Position numbers and translations under genes: made by a program. DNA of 64,000 nt from Malacoraja senta (taxonomy: Eukaryota), in NCBI GenBank assembly GCA_038087875.1, contig CM075988.1, forward strand, positions 6,386,001-6,450,000, written 5' to 3'. This document shows, piece by piece, positions 60,570-64,000 of this stretch; positions within the stretch are counted from its first letter, which is position 1; every line of letters begins with the position of its first letter. The notes beneath the pieces were generated by a model, which did not search any database, was not told the DNA's origin, and worked only from the letters and a program-made list of their open reading frames with translations.

Positions 60570-60760
60570 GTTGAAGTATTTGAAGAACATGGCAATTCTC
60601 AGTGTTAGCTGGTCAATCTGTGCGCCACAAGGAAACTCAATAGAACAGTTTATTTGGTAACTCGTGTTATTGTTCTTTGTATGAGATTGCTCTGCACAAA
60701 TTAGCTGCCACTAATAGTGTCCTTTTGAAAAAAATCTTAGTTGGGACACAGGTTTGGGGA
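60570..60760 (+). mobile_element. Deu-domain SINE relic
   Basis: TATTTGAAGAA..TTGCTCTGCACAAATTAGCTGCC. Confidence 0.5.
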
Positions 60761-60869
60761 AGGGCAGAAATTTAGGTTGTGAGTAAAAGGGAGGGAGGTC
60801 TACACTGGGCAATGATCAACTGGAATTTCCACCATGCTTGGTGAAATAAAGGGGTGAAAGCGTGGTCAA

Positions 60870-61287
60870 CATAGAAACATAGAAACATAGAAAATAGGTG
60901 CAGGAGTAGGCCATTCGGCCCTTCGAGCCTGCACCGCCATTCGATATGATCATGGCTGATCATCCAACTCAGTATCCTGTACCTGCCTTCTCTCCATACC
61001 CCCTGATCCCTTTAGCCACAAGGGCCACATCTAACTCACTCTTAAATATAGCCAATGAACTGGCCTCAACTACCTTCTGTGGCAGAGAATTCCACAGATT
61101 CACCACTCTCTGTGTAAAAAATGATTTTCTCATCTCGGTCCTAAAAGACTTCCCTCTTATCCTTAAACTGTGACCCCTAGTTCTGGACTTCCCCAACATC
61201 GGGAATAATCTTCCTGCATCTAGCCTGTCCAACCCCTTAAGAATTTTGTAAGTTTCTATAAGATCCCCCCTCAATCTTCTAAATTCT
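60870..61287 (-). mobile_element. CR1 LINE 3' end (near-identical to the 3' part of 45930-46955)
   Basis: LEFRRLRGDLIETYKILKGLD..; 11-bp TSD AGCGTGGTCAA (60859-60869, 61288-61298). Confidence 0.92.
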
Positions 61288-62191
61288 AGCGTGGTCAAGA
61301 TGCCGGAGAAGGAAGAGGTTGTGTGCCAAGATGTAAGGGACAGGGACTTTCTGCAAGGTTGGGGTGAGAAGAGATTTCGGCCTCCCGACTAATCAACAAG
61401 AAATATCATTGACATTTGGTTGTGAACCCGTGCAGGAATTTGTCCCAGATCATATAAGCAAGCTTGCATGTGACCCGCCAAAGGCTAGTACCTGAACTCC
61501 TGCACAGACACTTGGGGAAGTGGTGAAGCCGAAGGGGTTTAGAGGATGAGGAGTAAGAGTGGAACGACAGGCGTACAGACAATGCTGAACGTAGACATAG
61601 AGCATAGAACAGTACAGCACAGGAACAGGCCCTTCAGCCCACCATGCCTGTGCCATCCATGAAGCCAAACCGCAAGAGTTTAGAGAGAGAGAGTCTCATT
61701 GTCATATGAGCCGACAATGGAGACAGTGAGATCTTACCTGCAGCAGCTTTACAGGCCTGTAAGCGGAATGCAAGAGTCAAGAGTGTTTTATTGTCATGTG
61801 TCCCTGATAGAACAATGACATCCTTACTTGCTGCAGCCCAACAGAATATGTAAACATAGTACACTGTAAACAATATGATAAATGAGAGAGAAAGGAAAAA
61901 AAAAGAAAAGGAAAAATGCACACAGAGAAGCAGAGATGAGCAAAGATCCTGGAATGTCAAAGGGAAATGTCAGTAGTGTCACTTTCCCGGTGGCCCTGTA
62001 GGTTCTGTGGCCTGGGAGAAAGAGGTTGATGTGACAGTGTCACAGAACAGATGCAAGCAACAGACTCTTGGAGAATCAACAGCGTATAGATACTGGGATC
62101 TGGAGCAAATAACAAACTGCCGGAGGAACTCTGCAGGTCAGGCAGCATCTGCGGTAGGACATGGACAGGCGCCAATCCCTGTGAAGGGGAA

Positions 62192-62228
62192 AGGGCCTGT
62201 CCCACTTGGCGATTTTTTCGGCGTCAGT
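62192..62228. mobile_element. Solo Harbinger-type left TIR fused to a SINE half
   Basis: AGGGCCTGTCCCACTTGGCGATTTTTTCGGCG followed by minus SINE 62235-62380. Confidence 0.7.
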
Positions 62229-62409
62229 CAAAAACCAAAGATCTCGGAGAAAATCCACGCGGTCACGGGGAGAATGTACAAACTCCATACATACAGCACC
62301 CGTAGTCAGGATCGAACTCGGGTCTCTGGAGCTGCAAGCGCTGTAAGGCAGCAACTCTACCGCTGTGCCACCGTGCAGCCCATGACATGGAGATTTACTG
62401 CACTTAAAC

Positions 62410-62722
62410 AGGGCTTTGAGGCACCAAGTCCATGCTGACTATCAACCACCCATTGACACCAATGCTGCACCAATCCCATTTCATTCTCTCCACATTCCCC
62501 ATCAATCCCCTCAGATTCTACCACTCTACTAGGGGTAACTCCCAGAGAACAACAAACCCACCAAGCTGCACATGTCTTGGACGCGGGAGGAAACCAGAGC
62601 ACCCGGATGTAACCCATGCAGTCACAGCCAGAATTCATACAGACAGCTCCCGAGGTCAGGATCGAACCCTGGTCTCTGGAGCTGGCAGACAGTGGCTCCA
62701 CCAGCTGCGCCACTGTGCTGCC
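62410..62722 (-). mobile_element. HE1-like SINE (older variant)
   Basis: GGTCAGGATCGAACCC..CTGCGCCACTGTGCTGCCC. Confidence 0.7.
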
Positions 62723-63564
62723 CAAGATAGTTATCTTATTTCTGTAGTAGAAGGTTGCAGAGCCAAGTGTCACTCCAGAGGCTTGATCACAAATGCCCGC
62801 TGACATTCCAGCAGTATTACGGGGGAATGCTGCACTGTTGGTATCGCAGTTCCCACAGCTGAGATGATAGCGCACAACCCTGATGGTAGCTGGGACATGA
62901 TCCACTCCACCGTGAAGGGGGTTAACAGCCTCCTGGGGCAGCGCACTGAGCAGCAGAAGGACAAATTAGATTTATGAGCTGTTTTTCCAAAGTATTTTTG
63001 GCTTGAGGTCGTGCCAGCATCGCCAGGCTCACCTGACAAGCGGGATGTTTGTGTTTTACAGTCTGCGTGTGGGGCTCCATATTAGGCAATGAGGGCTGCA
63101 GACTCAGGGAGCAAGGTCAGAATCATCCGTCGTCTGCCGGCAACTCAACAAGTCGGAATGCTGCGTCCTCCCAGCCCCTGGGGTGGTGAATCCATCCGTC
63201 TCCTGGTGCAGGTGTGAGGTCTGCTCCAAGCACCCATGTCAGGCCTTAGTAGCTCCAGGACCTCCGTGTGCCTGAAGGTAGCCACGAGGAACTGCAGACG
63301 CTAGTCAATGCACAACAGGGCACAAAGTGTTGGTGTAACGCAGAAGATCTCTGCAGAAAGACACAAAACGCTGGAGTAACTCAGCGGGACAGGCAGCATG
63401 TCTGGAGAGAAGGAATGGGTGACGTTTCGGGTAGAGATCCTTTCTTTCAGACTGTACCAACCCATTTGATCAGATCAGACTGGTCACTTTAGACTAATCA
63501 GTCTGAAGAAGGGTTCTCATTGCCTGTTTCCGCACTGTATCTCTAAACTAAAAATCTAAACCAA

Positions 63565-63730
63565 ATCAATTAACACGACGTCTCTGGAATGTGGGGGGAA
63601 ATCGGAGCACCCAGAGAAAACCCACGCGGTCACAGGGAGAACGTACAAACTCCGTACAGACAGCACCCGTGGTCAGGATTGAACCGGCTCTCTGACGCTG
63701 TAAGGCGGTAGCTCGACCGCCGTGTGGCCA
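63565..63730 (-). mobile_element. HE1-like SINE 5' half
   Basis: GAAAACCCACGCGGTCACAGGGAGAACGTACAAACTCC. Confidence 0.75.
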
Positions 63731-64000
63731 AGTGTGCAGATAATCTGCTCGATTTCCGAAGGTTGATGGTAGCGTTCTCTGTGGTGGGGGAGCATTCTGA
63801 AGGCTGCAGTGTCTCTCGCGCCTGGGGAAACTGCCCTCTAAGATCAGCATGAGATTGCTCTCCTCTGCTCTGATCACTAGAGGACATCTTCCCACGCTGC
63901 GCTTTCACCTCTGGGACTGAGACTGAGGCTGAGGCCGGCTCTGAAGTCATGAGCTAAGCATCTCCTTCGCCTGAATGTGCAGCAGTCACACCCCACGGTC

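Noticed and set aside
63062-63211. 150-nt segment between TTTTACAG and GTGTGA as a coding exon
   Set aside because: Stop codons in all three frames; weak donor.

Overview
Vertebrate, almost certainly cartilaginous-fish (skate/ray-like) genomic DNA. This is inferred from about 30 HE1-type tRNA-derived SINEs with (TAAAC)n tails, shark-type CR1 LINEs and Deu-domain SINE relics. The window is intronic or intergenic. I find no supportable host protein-coding gene, rRNA, intact tRNA or CRISPR array. Most supplied ORFs are translations of transposon relics, simple repeats or N-gaps. Content: HE1-like SINEs; CR1, L2, Rex1/Babar, RTE and L1 LINE fragments; Penelope-like element (PLE) GIY-YIG relics; a family of PIF/Harbinger-type MITEs (TIR AGGGCCTGTCCCACT, TWA target duplication); one non-autonomous Helitron; mini/microsatellites; three assembly gaps; and several repeat-free islands that look like enhancers. 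Most interesting: (1) more than 20 PLE pseudo-LTR copies, often as short foldback insertions with 12-15 bp target duplications, carrying a minimal hammerhead-ribozyme-like core CTGAAGA-A-GGGTCTCGACCC-GAAA-CGTC; (2) a 405-bp TSD-flanked, apparently RTE-derived element with five consecutive hairpins and complementary loops; (3) Harbinger-type MITEs with different interiors that share a TCAACATGTTGA palindrome; (4) several 3-4-level nested insertions. Family names come from recognising motifs by eye, not from database searches. Boundaries without a stated TSD or TIR are approximate.
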